A model generated the notes under the pieces. That model was given only the letters and a program-made list of their open reading frames with translations, ran no database searches and was not told the origin of the DNA. Shown here in pieces: positions 1-21,584 of a DNA stretch of 64,000 bases. Source of the DNA: the human T2T-CHM13v2.0 reference genome, Homo sapiens; the NCBI RefSeq assembly GCF_009914755.1, contig NC_060932.1; one strand, given 5' to 3'. Positions within the stretch are counted from its first letter, which is position 1; the number at the start of each line of letters is the position of its first letter. A program made the position numbers and the translations under genes.

Positions 1-801
1 TGATCTCTTTTGTCTTCTCACGGTGGCATCGGTGTCATAGTTAACATTATAACACTCCTCCTAAGAAGCATACTTTCTTCAACATTACTTTCCAACTAAA
101 ACTTACAAAATATAATGCCTAATAACAACAGTCTGGATGTCTACATTGCAACTTCAACAAATACGCTGGGATATGAACATCAGATTTCACAAAACTATTC
201 CCCGGATACCTACGTGGGAAGCTGTATACAAAGTGTATGTGCAAACACACAGTTGAACGTTCAGCCATAGTTGAAGATAAACTTTGGAATATCATTTCTC
301 CAAGAAACAAATAATTATTCCCAAATGATATTCAGACAAATATTTTCCATCTTTCAAGACCTTACCAAATAATGATTCCGAGGCTCCTATTTTTCAACTT
401 TACGAATACTCGAGATGCTTCTATTTGCCATTAACAATAGCGGTGGAGGAAAAACAAACAGAATGAGGATATTGCGTCTCTTTTAATAACACATATTTGC
501 TTTCCAAATGGTCATTACATCTTAACATTAGTAAAGAAAGCTCTGCAGAGGCTCCTGATCCCAGTCCAGGGTTCTCACCGTTATACGGCGGGTGACTCTC
601 CCTTTGGGTCCTTCTCATTATCTTTGGAAGCTAAAGGCAAAAATTTGTCAGCTCAACCCCAGTCAGAGCCAACCTCTCTCCTGACTTCTCCTAAAGGTGA
701 CAAAACAAAGAGGATACTGAGGAGCATGGGGTCACAGGGAGCAATGACTCTTTGTGCCGGTAGCCCCAGGCTAAAAGAAATTACCAAGACTGTTGTACGA
801 T

Positions 802-1090
<289 letters not shown>

Positions 1091-1099
1091 CAAGAAAAA

Positions 1100-1777
<678 letters not shown>

Positions 1778-1909
1778 TTAGAACCGCACACGTGGGATCC
1801 CTCTGAGGAAAAGAGAAGGTCAGGACCAAGTGGCAAGACAAAAGGGACCCATCCCCAGCAAGCTAGATCTTCATCGGAGACCTGCTGAGTTTCCACTTCC
1901 AAGTAATTC

Positions 1910-2857
<948 letters not shown>

Positions 2858-4411
2858 ATTTCTGCGCCCACAAACCCACAACCTGTCTGGATGATTTTCA
2901 GGTCCCACCCCTGAAGAAATCAGTCATCCATTATCAGAATAATTCTTTGGCTAATCTATAAAGCATGCAAATGAAATTCATCATTATGTGCATACGCAGA
3001 ATGTTCCAGCTTGCCAGGCACATCTGTATTTTAATAATAGAAGAATTATAATTGTTTTATGATGACAGGCTCCACACGCCCCTTGGCTTGAATATCATGG
3101 GCATATTGGAAAAAACAAGTGCAGTCTAGTACTATTCCCGCCCCACATCAGCTTTGACATGAACACTTCAGTTTCTATTGCAATCTTAGGTGAGGATGCT
3201 GCCTTTTTGCCTTTTTTTTTTTTTAACTGTGCAAACTAAAAACAGGATTCAGCTAGATAAAGTAATAATGACCTGGATTGGATAGCTCAGCATAACAATT
3301 AAGGTTCATAGATTAAGACTGAATACGCAGGAGATTCACATTTCAATGAAAATGTGAATGAACATGGGACGATTTAATTGTAGATGGAAAACATTAGAAG
3401 CCGTTAAAGAATATTGACTTCCAGAGGTAATGGCAATGTGAGAACCAGAAACAGAAATTGAGAGAAGAGCACAAGCCTGGCGGTGTCGGATTCATTCCAG
3501 ATGGGGACTGTGATGAAAAAGTGCAATCCCCTTGCATAATTTAGTGCTTTTTGTCAGTTAAAAATGATAACATTCTGTGTTCTTGGCTGTGACTTAGTTC
3601 TTAAACAGTAATGAATCGGTTACTGTCATGAACACTTTCCAATCAGCTCCTTCAGTTTCATTCTACCTACTTAAGACTGAAGACAATTGTTGATGGCAAC
3701 CCATGATTAAAAATACAAAAGGTAGTCTTACAGAATATCAGAGTTTGCATGGACCTTTAAGGCTGTCAAATCCAACCCTCTGAATCTCCAGATGAATTAA
3801 CCGGGTCTCAGAGGCAAGAGGGGAAATTACTTCCTGTAAGGACAGAGCCAGGGATACAGACTCTAACCTACTCAACTCCAGTTTGTTGTGGTTCCAGTTC
3901 ACCCCTCCAGTTCTGCAGAGAGCATAGGCACTAAACCTTGTCAAAGCAAACGCAAAATAAGCAATATAATGAAAATCATCCACAATTGCTGGTTTTTCTC
4001 CTTTCACTCTGGCTTCCCCGTGATCCCCTACCCCTCTGTCATCCTCTTGACCAGCGGTTGGCTCACATTTTCTGTAAAGTGTAAATATTTAGGTGATAAA
4101 CACCTTAGACTTTGCAAGCCATTCCATCTCTGTCATCGTAGTATTGTCAGCAGCGCTGGAACCAGAGCGACTCCATTCTGAGTGAGGGCTGGGGAATGAG
4201 GCTGGGGCCTGCTGGGCTGTGTTCTCAGAAAGTCAGGCATTCCTGGCCTCTAGATGTTTATGGTTAAGGGAACAGATTGATAAGGTTTACTAAACAGACC
4301 CAGACTTAGGAGTGTTCAGATATCCCAATAACTGGAGAACAAACGCACTCCTCATCTTGCTTTAAAGATAATAATATCATTTCTTGCAAAATATAGTGAT
4401 TAAAAAAAACT

Positions 4412-5183
<772 letters not shown>

Positions 5184-6538
5184 TAATAAACTTGCTTTTG
5201 CTTTGCGCTGTGGACTCGCCACGAATTATTTCTTGAGTGAGATCCAAGAACCTTCTCTTGGGGTCTGGATCGAGACCCCCTTCCTGTAACAGTATGGAAG
5301 CCACCGCTGAGGATGTATGAATGAGTAAGCATGGCTGTGACCCAATAGACTTTGCTCAGGGAAACCAGATCAGGCCTGATTGACCCCCAGGCTGAAGTTC
5401 GCTGACCCCTGCTCAGTAGGACACCCTGCGTCTTTCAAACACATCTCACTATTTGGGATGATCTACTCTGTTTCCTTGTATATTAAGTGCCTCCCCAGCT
5501 GGAATTAATTCTTCACATGTAGGCAGAAGCTTCGGCTCTAGAATTCCCACTTATTCAGCGATCAGCACCTATGACGCTGCCAGCTGTTTGTTGAATGAAT
5601 AAAATAAATTAAAGACAATTTGACCTCCCAAGTTAGCAGGCTATGGTTGAAATTTTTTTTTTTGTCATTGAAAAAGCTTGAAAGTTTTTCTAGTTTACTA
5701 CAGCAAAGCTTTTTAACAGTCGAGCAGATGGTATAAGCAAGGATTCCTCCAGAGAGAATTCCCCCCAGAGTCTCATTGATAAGAATTAAAAACACTACTT
5801 TTCAATAATGCTTGGCCCCTAGGACTTCTAAAGCCATTGAATTGTTGACAGCAGGACAAGGCACAAGGATAGGGAGCATGACAGTTTTTCTTTATTCTGG
5901 CTCTTCTATTTAAAGTCAAAATATCAAACATTAAAACTTATCTGATTCAACTTGGCTAACCAGAGAGCAACATGACCCAGTGAGACACAAAGAAGAGGCG
6001 GCCCTCAAGTCGATGGTGACAGAGGAGCAGGCAGGATTAGGAAAGTGTATCTCAGAAATACCAGAAAATGCCTATAATTAAAATCTTATTTCAGGGCTGT
6101 CTGACCCACCTTTTACTCAGTATGGATTTTTGAGAAGATGTTTGGTTTATTAATTAAAACATCTATAAAATTATGCCCATTTTCTCATTCAAGCAGGTAG
6201 CTCTTCTACATAATCACACTCCTCTTAGTTATAAATTTGGTTATTGGAACTTAATGAAGCGAGTACTATCTTTAATCTGATACTTTAACATCTACATTAT
6301 AAGTTAAAGTCAGATCTTTAGAAAAATCTGCTTCAATAGTCAAACAGAATTCTAGTGAAGGATAGCGTGACAAATAATTTTACGCGTAGAAAATGTCTGC
6401 CAAGAATAATAACATCTTCGATTTTACATGCTCAATAATTCATCAGAAGTGTTTAATTAGCTTACTTGATCTTTATGAAAACCCTGTGGCATCATAAAGC
6501 AAAAATTATGATGTTCACTTCACAGATAAGAAAACAGA

Positions 6539-6830
6539 GGGGGGGCGCAGTGGCTCATGCCTGTAATCTCAGCACTTTGGGAGGCCAAAGCGGGCGGATC
6601 ACGAGGTCAGGAGATCAAGACCAGCCTGGCTAACATGGCGAAATGCCATCTCTACTAAAAATACAAAAAATTAGCCAGGCGTGGTGGCGGGCGCCTATAG
6701 TCCCAGCTACTCAGGAGGCTGAGGCAGGAGAATGACGTGAACCCGGGAGGCAGAAGTTTCACTGAGCAGAGATCTTGCCACTGCACTCCAGTCTGGGGGC
6801 AGAAGGAGGTTCCGCCTAAAAAAAAAAAAA
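6539..6830 (+). mobile_element. AluY/Sc-like
   Basis: Full Alu dimer. Confidence 0.9.
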
Positions 6831-7593
6831 TCAGAGACCCCACTAAGGTCTTTAGCCAAGGTTACATTATACTAAGCAAGGGCTGTCCAGAACCCAGATC
6901 TGCGATCTGCTGGACCCTAACAGAGTGTGCTTCTTTATCAACCATCTGCCTCAGTGAGCACTCGATGTAGGAAACCGATGGAAAGATTCAGCACCGTGTA
7001 ACTTACACTGTTCGGAAAGCTCAGAATCCCCCTGGGTGGGGCTTCGCTTTCCTTATTTTCCACAGAAGCCATTAAACATCCATAATAAATAAAGCAGGGC
7101 AGAATGGATCAACAGGAAAAATATCAGAATACCTAGGTAAATAATAGAAAGATATCTGAAACATCCCCAAATATTTCTAATACTTCAAATATTTCAAAGT
7201 TGAACAACATCCTTCTGAATAACCCATGGGTCAAAGAGGGGATCACAAGGGAAATTAGAAAGTATTTTCAATTAATTGATAATAAAAACATATCAAAATT
7301 TGTGGAGCACAGCTGAATGAGTGGTTAGAGGGAAATTTATAGAATTCAGTGCTACTGTAACAAAAGAAGAAGGTCTCAAATCAATGATCTAAGCTTCCAC
7401 CTCAAGAACCTAGTAACAAATAGCAAATTAAACCCAAAGAAAGCAGAAGGGAGAAAATAACTGAGAGCATAGAAATTAATGAAATAGAAAAGCATTAGAG
7501 AAAAGTCAATGACACGAGGAGTTGATTCTTTGAAATTCAGTAAAATTAATAAACCTGTAGCCAGGCTGATGAGAGAGAGAAAGAGAAATAACA

Positions 7594-7717
7594 GGCTGAG
7601 GCAGAAGAATGGCGTGAACCCAAGAGACGGAGCTTGCAGTGAGCCGAGATGGCGCCACTGTAATCCAGCCTGAGCGACAGAGCGAGACACCGTCTCAAAA
7701 AAAAAGAAGAAAGGAAA
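7594..7717 (+). mobile_element. 5'-truncated AluY (part of right monomer)
   Basis: Starts ggctgaggcag; A-tail; TSD agaaataaca at 7584-7593 and 7718-7727. Confidence 0.85.
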
Positions 7718-8157
7718 AGAAATAACAAATTGCCGACAGCAGGACTTAAAAGGGGACTGTTACTACAGATCCTATAAATATTAAAATTATAATAAGGGAA
7801 TATCATGACAGTAAGTTTCATAACATATGAAATGGGAAAATTCCTTGAAAGACACAAACTACCAAGGCTCAAACATAGATAACCTGAAAAATCCTACCTC
7901 AATTAAGGATATTGAATTCACAGCTTAATATCTTACAAAGAAAATTCCAGGCCCAGTTGACTTCACTGGTGAATTTCTCTAAAAAATTTGATAAGGAAAT
8001 AATAACAATTCTCCATGTTTGTTCAGAAAATAGAAGAGAAAACACCACTTCCAAGTCCCTTATATGAGACCAAAATTATTCTGATACTAAAATGAAACAG
8101 ATACAAGAAGAAAAAAAACTATAGACCATGAACAATAACCATAAAAATCCTTAACAA

Positions 8158-8457
8158 GGCCAGGCGTAGGGGCTCACGCCTGTAATCCCACCACTTTGGG
8201 AGGCCGAGGTAGGTGGATCACGAGGTCAGGAGATTGAGACCATCCTGGCTAACATGGTGAAACCTCCACTCTACTAAAAATACAAAAAATTTAGCCGGGC
8301 GTGGTGGCGGATGCCTGTAGTCCCAGCTACTCAGGAGGCTGAGGCAGGAGAATGGCGGGAACCCGGGAGGCAGAGCTTGCAGTGAGCCGAGATCACGCCA
8401 CTCCACTTTAGCCTGGGCGACAGAGCGAGACTCCGTCTCAAAAAAAAAAAAAAAAAA
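8158..8457 (+). mobile_element. AluY
   Basis: Y diagnostics; TSD aaaaatccttaaca. Confidence 0.93.
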
Positions 8458-9185
8458 TCCTTAACACAATATTAACAAAATGAAGCTAGCAATATATGAA
8501 AAGAAAAATATACCATGACCACCATGACCAAGTGATATTTATCCTACGAATGAAAATTGGTTTGATATTTTAAAATCAAGCAATATAATTTACTATATTC
8601 ATAGACTAAATTGCAAAAAAAAAGTGATTATATTAATAAATGTGTGAAAAGCACTGATAAATGTTGATATCCACTGATGATTAAAAACTCTCACTAAACT
8701 AGGAATATGAAAGAACAATCCAGAATTTTGACTGACTACTTACTGGTAATTGTCTATGTTCTACTACATCAAAAACTTAAATAAGGAAGCATAAGTAAAC
8801 TACAAGTGTAATCATAAAACTTTGTTTTAAAGAAAGAATTCTTCATTGACCATCTGGCAGATTATTTTTTCTTTCCTTTAAAAACTTCCAAATCCTCTCA
8901 AATCTTTTTTAAATCACATGAGAGTCCTCAAAGACAACAGACAGCATGCAATAGACCATAAGTATGGGGCTCTGCTGGCCGACTATTTTGTAAAGCTGTC
9001 ATTTATCTTTTCCTTCTGTGATCCTCACATCGTCTTTTTGTGTCATTGTGGTTTGGTTTTCACTCATTTGAGGTTAAAAATGCTGAGGGATTTTGTTTTC
9101 ATTTTGAAGTATAAGAGACATTTATAGCTTTCTAAAAAAGACACCTGGTGACAATCAGGAGGTTTTCTTTAAAATTCTTTAATCA

Positions 9186-9514
<329 letters not shown>

Positions 9515-9833
9515 TTAATTAGTCACTTGGTGACCCCACCCCTGTGGGTAAAGTAGGCCCACCAAGCATATATCATTAGCATATATTCTATTTCATTCAA
9601 AAACAATACTGATAGAGGAAACAATTATTCAGATATCTTAATTAACTCATCCCAGTGCTCCGATTTAAACACCAGATTATCACCTGGTACTTACACAGCA
9701 ATTCAATTTTAATCTAGATAGGTATAAAAGTATACATAAAATAGAGGTAAACATACACATACACAATTAGGACATAGTTTTGAAATATTAATCAGACGAT
9801 TTTTACTTTTCCACCATTTAAAGTAGACAATAA

Positions 9834-9935
9834 TGGGAGGCCAAAGTGGGAGGATCACTTGAGGCCGGGAGTTCAAGACCAGCCTGGAAATCAGTGAGAC
9901 TCCAGACCTCCATCTCTAAAAAATAAACAAATAAA
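9834..9935 (+). mobile_element. Alu left-monomer fragment (FLAM/AluJ-like)
   Basis: tgggaggccaaagtgggaggatcacttgaggcc...accagcctgg followed by an A-rich tail. Confidence 0.7.
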
Positions 9936-10085
9936 AAGATAAAATGAAGTAGGCAATGAGGCTAGAGGCTTTGCCAAGAACACCCCCCAAAAATAAAAAG
10001 GGTGCAAAGTCTTGCATACAAGTATCATATATTGGTGTATTTCTTCTTCCCTCTATTTTCTCTCCATTTTTCTTCCAGGGCCTCA

Positions 10086-10423
<338 letters not shown>

Positions 10424-10434
10424 TTACTTTATTA

Positions 10435-11610
<1,176 letters not shown>

Positions 11611-13756
11611 GAACGTAGCAAAGCAACTTTCAGGAAATTCTGTCAACTGTCACTTCCCTAAGGAAAAAAAAAGAAAAGAACTTCACCTACACATTTATTT
11701 ATGTGTTTTATTAAGTGAAAGAACCATCTCCTTCATCTGTGATACAACACAGAAAAACAGCAAAACAAACAACCCTTGAGATCAACTGTTTAAGGAATTA
11801 GTTCAAAAAAAAAATCTCTCCAATCCAGAATGAGCACTCAAGTTGTGGAATTTTATTTTCTCTTTATTGTAAAGTTCTATACCCAAGAAATCACTTTTAT
11901 AGGTAGAGTCCTGATTTCCCCAAATTAGCAATGTCACGAAGCTCTGTTTTTATGAGTAACTTGCAGAGGTGTGTGTGACTATGTACACGTGTGTGGACAT
12001 AAAGGAATGGCTATTATTTTGAAGGCATACATATTTTATACCTGAGGACCACAGCATGCTAAAAAAAGGCTTGGAGCATTGGCCATAATTTCCAATTTGC
12101 ATATCACAGCAGAATTAAATAGCAATACATCAACGATGATGCAAGTTGCTTTCTTTATGAAAGAGTTGATTAATTATATTCCCTTTTGCTGCCTAGTAAA
12201 GTCAAATTGCGATTTAAAAGATAAAACTCACACCTACTGCCCCTCATTCATTTTTCCCTCAGTCACCTAAAGCTTACTGAGTTTAATGGTCTGTGAAACA
12301 TTCTCCAAGAGTATGGGAAAGTTATGGGAAGCAATCAATACTGCTTTCCTCATTTTCCCCCTGTCCCCTTCAAGATAACTTATACATTTCTCTCAATATA
12401 CTGAAGACTCTTCTTCCTCCAAGGGCTCAAATGACAGAAAGAGAAAATGCTTACCACGGTCAGGTTTTACGCTGCCATAACTAACTGTTCAATCAATAAG
12501 CAACTTCAGAAGTGGCCTGCTTAGAGAAACGGCTCCTGGCAGTAAGGTGTTCCTATTATGCAGAACTTAGGCCGCAGCCTGGAATTCTATGAATTGGATA
12601 TGAGGCCACAGGCTGCTTTATTTCTAAATGGAGAGCATGCAACAGCCACTGTCACTGGAGGAAATCTATAAAGTCTTAGTCTTATCACAGAGAGTACTTT
12701 CAACATGACCTATTCAGAAAGCTAATGTTCCCTGTAGTACAGAGAACGGAGAAAATAATGAACCACTGCCCCCATAAAACATTGTGATAAATACCTGGTT
12801 TAACAGGCCACTACACCAGGATTAATCTTATCTGGGCCCAGGACTCCTCCACAGTTAGCTGGTACTATCAATGGATGGTAACCAAATGAGGAGAAACTAT
12901 TTTTATTCCCCTAAGCATGAAAAATATCTACCAGCAGCATCTACATACAGCAGAACACCATGCCATTCTCCAAAGTAGAACAGTCTGGTCTTTGTTCCAT
13001 TGAGAAAATTCTAACCCTAAGTTTATATTACTGGCAATATCTTTACCATAAACCTTCTCTTGTCAAAGTTGCCATGTTTTATTTTAACTGAAATTATTTC
13101 TAAGCAGACTCCAAGCTCACCAAGGACAGGGATTTTGTCATATTCATTTTTGCATGCTTTACAGAGGCTAGGAAAACTTCCTACTGCAGGCTAAACATGG
13201 AATATATTTGCTGACTTGCTTAAAACATCTACTCTATGTTATCAATGTGTTGCATTGGAAATACTGCAAGAAATGAATTTTTCAGCATTATTAATATTAT
13301 GTCTAGTTACAACAGACTTCTCTTACTAAGAGCACTGGTTCAATAGTGACAGTTTCATCCTAGGAACTATATAGCTTAGTGTTTTATTAGTACTTGGCTT
13401 ACACATCAGCGAGACTTATTTAGGGATACCAACCTCCAGCCTTTTAATAAAGAGGCACGGACTGCAGGGATGTTTACTCTGGGCACATAAGACTCTAACC
13501 ATATTTAAAGTCCTTGCTTAAAGTATTAATAGATGTTTATTCAACAAATTGTGGGCCCACAGTGTCACATTCTCAGGGTGGCCTCTCTGAAGTTTCCGAA
13601 GACCTTAGTAAGAAAGTGGTCGTATAATTTTATTCAGAGCCAATCTGGCCCTGAAATCCTTGGGTTCTCTCTATTTTCCAAGAAACTCAAACATCCTCTC
13701 TAACTTCTCTACCAGGTACTGGGGTGTGCTCTCATATGTAAAAATATTTAACTTAA

Positions 13757-14223
13757 TCCAGTTTATCATTGTTGGACATTTGGGTTGGTTCCAAGTCTTT
13801 GCTATTGTGAGTAGTTCTGCAATAAACATACGTGTGCATGTGTCTTTATAGCAGCATGATTTATAATCCTTTGGGTATATACCCAATAGTACCTTTGTAG
13901 GGACATGGATGAAGCTGGAAACCATCATTCTCAGCAAACTATCGCAAGGACAAAAAACCAAACACCACAAGTTCTCACGCATAGGTGGGAATTGAACAAT
14001 GAGAACATTTGGACACAGGAAGGGGAACATCACACACCAGGGCCTGTTGTGGGGTGGGGGGAGGGGGGAGGGATGGCTTTAGGAGATATACCTAATGTAA
14101 ATGACAAGTTAATAGGTGCAGCACACCAACATGACACATGGATACATATGTGACAAACCTGCACGTTGTGCACATGTACCCTAGAACTTAAAGTATAATA
14201 AATATATATATATATATATATAA
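13757..14223 (+). mobile_element. 5'-truncated, 5'-inverted L1PA 3' end
   Basis: 13757-13891 is reverse L1 sequence; 13892-14200 is the forward L1PA 3' end with G-rich tract and cctagaacttaaagtataata; TSD atttaacttaa at 13746-13756 and 14224-14234. Confidence 0.92.
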
Positions 14224-14349
14224 ATTTAACTTAACTGTGATGCACTCAAATAACCATGATAGTTTGACCAGAAAATACCCCAAAGCAAGGGCTCCTAAAA
14301 CCCACACAGAGGCTGTGTAACTCGGTGTCCTCAAATAATAAGTTGACAA

Positions 14350-14780
<431 letters not shown>

Positions 14781-16210
14781 TTAAAAAAAAAAAAAAAAAA
14801 ACCTCCTTCCTACACAAACCTTCATCATTCTGGTGCGTGCTGTGACTTCTTCAATTACCAGACACAAAAGCAGATCTCAGAGTAAGGTAATATCCTGGAG
14901 GTATATTTTTCCTCACAAACTAATAAGGTCACTTACCCCCTTGGGAAAGAATGAAGCAACTGGAACCATCATTGAAAGGAATTTCTCAAAGCCATTTGTG
15001 TTCTACTGTGAGCATAGAAGGTTCCTAAGTATTTGAAGTTATGAGGAGTCCCATGAAGGTAACTTTGGTATTTTTTAATAAACTCTCTTGCCACCAGAAA
15101 AATTCTTTCTGCACTGATTACCCCCCACGCCGCCCCCTGTTCTCTTCTCAAGGTCAAAGGCCACTGACCCCACGGAGGATCTGACAGTGTGCAGGATACA
15201 GGCTAAGCTTCTACAAAAAAAGAGGTCCACAAATACTGTGGTCAAAAATACAGAGATTATTTCTCTGCTTACTGTTATACCGAGGTCAGTGGCTGGTCTA
15301 GGCCACCGAGGGCTCATTTGTTCTCATTTTGTTGTTTGACCTCCTAGGGGCGTGGGCTTCACCCATGCAGGAAGCTGGAATGACAGCTGCTCACCTGTGA
15401 GCCCAGCCGGCTACTGGGCTGATGGCCAGTGAAGTCAAGGCTGTCAAGGACAGGAGGTTCATAAAAAAGAAAACATTATGCAATGGGAAGGCTTGCCTCT
15501 GAAAACAGCCACCTCCCTAGCTCCTTATAAAATGTGGATTCGGGAATCCCATGAAAGAGCCAGGTGGGCCTCGCATGACCCCCTCACCTAGAGAAGGCAC
15601 GGGGCAGGTGCCACCTGCTCATGTGGCTAATGCCCCCAGCTGGCTGCAGAGCCCCCTGTCCCTGCACATGGGTGAATGTGGACAGGAGGTGGACTGCACA
15701 ATAGGTTGGCCGTCTGCTCATTCTAGCACCCCTGGTTTGCTGACACTGTTTATGGTCGTGGTTCAACCTGCCCAATGCCCAGCGCTGTCCTCTGCCATCA
15801 CTGCAATCATCCACTGGCACTCCTGGTGAGGCTGCCCCCACGCCCAGCACCATAGCCGCTTCCTAGAATCTGGAACAAAGAGAATAAAGGGCAGGTGTCC
15901 TCCCTTCTAAAGGAGGTGATCAGGAATTTGTACACATCACCTCTGCTCATATCCATCTTCCAGGATGTGGGCTAGCCAGACTTGTCCTCAGGTGTCAGCA
16001 CCTGAAGTTCCATGTCCCAGGAGGCCCCACAGACCAGGACAAACCAGGCTGACTTGTCCCCTAAAGAGGGCTCCACTACTGTACTAAAAGAAAGAAAGGG
16101 GATGTGGGCCTTGGGGATCCACTGAAAGCCCCTGGCCCCACCTTCTCTAACTTACGGGTCTTCATCTCTCCTCTGCTTTCTGCTTCTTCTTTGTAAAGTT
16201 CACTTTACTT

Positions 16211-16509
<299 letters not shown>

Positions 16510-16760
16510 TCACCTTACTTAACAAGTGGTAGACACCTTTCCCCTGTTCTTTTGCTACCTGATATTGCCAGCCCTTGTCTCCCAGGACAATGCCAGGCCT
16601 TGAGGGAGTGGATTGGCTGTTTATTTTATGTATATCTGGAGCTTCACGTCTTTCTAGATGTGGATAGAGTGACAGATACATACACATACACATTTATATG
16701 ACAAAAGACAGATGATACAATATTAGCAGCACATACCTCAGGGTTGGAATTAGCAAGTAA

Positions 16761-17062
<302 letters not shown>

Positions 17063-17265
17063 CATTTAACCTTTTAATGTGTTTTCCAACTTTTCTACAA
17101 TGGCTGTTCATTCCTTTCCTAGGTAGACACAGCTATCATTTTTAAAATGCTTGTTAAATAGTCTTCATAGTAGGAGAAAAGTTGCCTTATCTCCATTTCT
17201 AAGTCCATAATAGAAATACCTATAACACCAACCATGCCTCTTTCTGGTCACACCAAGTATTCTTC

Positions 17266-17930
<665 letters not shown>

Positions 17931-18218
17931 TCGTTAATGCTTCCTTGCCATGGTACTAATGGACGTCTCTAACTCTATCTAAATGGCCTCAGGGCTTTCC
18001 TTCTGAAGGCCACAAGAATGAACGAGGTTATTGACTAAAAAAAATAAAAGAATCATGAAAACTTTTCATTTTTTTAGGTTGCAAGTAAGTTGAACATTTT
18101 AATGGAATGAAAAGCAGTATGTTCAATGCACAGAGAATCACTAGGTGGACCCTTCTATCATTGTCAATGTCATTCGCAAGACTAAATTTCCACCTGGCAC
18201 TTTGAAGTCCCTTATTAT

Positions 18219-18592
18219 ATATTGGGCCTAAAACAGTATTCTATAAAGCTTAAATTGGTATTAACTATGATCATCTTGATGTCTACGGTAGATAATAAAC
18301 AAGGTCGTACATACTTTACTAAACAATTTTGGTTTTTCACCAACATTTTTTTCTTTAAAAGATTTAGACTAACAGAATTATTTAGCATTTCGAGTCATGT
18401 GCTTTATTTAGCAAGTGAGTAAAAATATTGGAATATTGAAGTATTTGCATAAAAAATCAAATGGTGGTGTTTTGTAATCTCTATTATATTTCCTATTAAG
18501 GTTTCATATATTACTTTCCCATTGTTCCTGACTTTGTTATCCTATATATAAACAGAAACATGGATGAGTAAAAAAAAAAAAAAAAAAAAAAA
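18219..18592 (+). pseudogene. 5'-truncated processed retrocopy of an mRNA 3' end (non-coding)
   Basis: AT-rich body matching no repeat I recognise, TATAAA at 18547-18552, 23-A tail at 18570-18592, 16-bp TSD TGAAGTCC(C/T)TTATTAT at 18203-18218 and 18593-18608. Confidence 0.75.
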
Positions 18593-18830
18593 TGAAGTCC
18601 TTTATTATGATCACTACCATCTGCAAAGGCAGGTGGCCGTCCCCTCCTGTCATCAACTAATTTTCACAAGTACCTATGTTTTGATTTCATGTATCTTTAC
18701 CTGTGCAAACCAATAGATGCTCCCCATTGTCCAAATGGTCTCAAATTTTTTGAGTACTCAACCTATTCAAAGTATGAGTCTAGAGATGTCCTGTCTCATG
18801 CATTACGTGGAGGATTGAAAGTTGGTACAG

Positions 18831-19681
<851 letters not shown>

Positions 19682-20246
19682 TACCAGCTTCCTGAAGCAT
19701 TTTGCATGTAATGCTTCCCTATGCAAATTTCATGCGTTGTCATCACAGTTGGCCATAATAAAAGTTTCCCATTTTTTAACAGGAATCCACTACAGATTCC
19801 ACTAATAGAAAAGTTACTGTTGAAGATTTGCCTTTTAAGCAGCTCATAAGCTAAAATGTGCCTTGGAGGTCTTCCGAGCCAGGAGCTCCCACCCTCCAAG
19901 TCGCCATAGCCTGAGTGCCTCATGCTTGTCACAGTGTACACCCCCACACTTCCACCAAAGGTTGAAAGCCATTTTTGCTAAGACTAAGGACAAATAGTGC
20001 ACCGCGATGTCTGTCAGAAGGAAGATGGAGCCGCAGTTCCTGTGTCTCTCCGTCTGTGCTCCTCCTCCAAAGTGCAACACATTCATCTCCAGGAAGAGCA
20101 CAGAGTAATGCCAAGCAGAGGCCAGTGGAGTAGCTGGTGGACCAGGAAGGAGCCCTGCCTCTGTGCATGTGAAATACATCAGGACAGCAGGCAGAGGGAC
20201 CAACAGGCAGCCACTTGGTAACTATACAGTTTCTAGAGGATTCTAA

Positions 20247-20993
<747 letters not shown>

Positions 20994-21176
20994 TGATCAA
21001 GTGACTGGGACCCTGACAGGTTCAGTTTCTAGGCAAAATCACCTATCAAGTAGGGGTAAATCTGATGGGTACTTTACTCAGAGCTCTTTTTTCCCCACGT
21101 AAAATCTTTAACATCCCAAAACAGTGCAGACACCAGTGGGCTCCAACCACTTTGCAAGCAAGTGAGCCAGACAACT

Positions 21177-21546
21177 GTCCCAGTCAGCTCAGGCCACTAC
21201 AGCAAAACACCATCCGCTGGGTGGCTTGTCAGCAACAGAAATTTGCTCACCAATCTGGAGACTGCAGTGCCAAAATCAGGGTGCTAGCATGGCTGGGTTC
21301 TGGTGAAGGCCCTCTTTCCAGGGCTTCTTCCAGGGGTTGCAGGTAGCCAACTTTTCACAGTAGCTCCACAGGGTACAAGGAAAAGGGAGAGCTCTCTGAG
21401 GCCTGTTTTGAGCTCTCTGAGGCACTAACCCTGTCCATAGTTGCTCCACTCTCACGACCTCTTCAGCTCCCAAAGGCCCCTCTTCTTACTACCATCACCT
21501 GGAGAGAGATGTGAATCTGTGGGACACAATCATTCACTGCATTACA
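21177..21546 (-). mobile_element. MLT1 (MaLR) solo LTR
   Basis: ctgggtggctt...caacagaaattt...tctggag...ggttctggtgaaggccc...gggacaca..cattca. Confidence 0.75.
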
Positions 21547-21584
21547 AGTTACATCAAAATACAGCTCTAAGGATGGGCTCGTGT

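Larger units (their letters stand above)
7195..8710 (+). mobile_element. Old L1M ORF2 fragment (degenerate)
   Basis: L1 motifs aataacccatgggtcaaagag, ctaagcttccacctcaagaac, ccaggcccagttgacttcactggtgaatt; A-rich; no intact ORF. Confidence 0.85.

Noticed and set aside
1-750. Possible exon or 3'UTR in the unique sequence at the window start (reverse donor-like cttacc at 361)
   Set aside because: No matching acceptor, open frame or recognisable transcript
14783-14801. Isolated poly(A) run as an extremely truncated retro-insertion (similar runs near 25368 and 52502)
   Set aside because: No TSD or element body visible; slippage is a sufficient explanation
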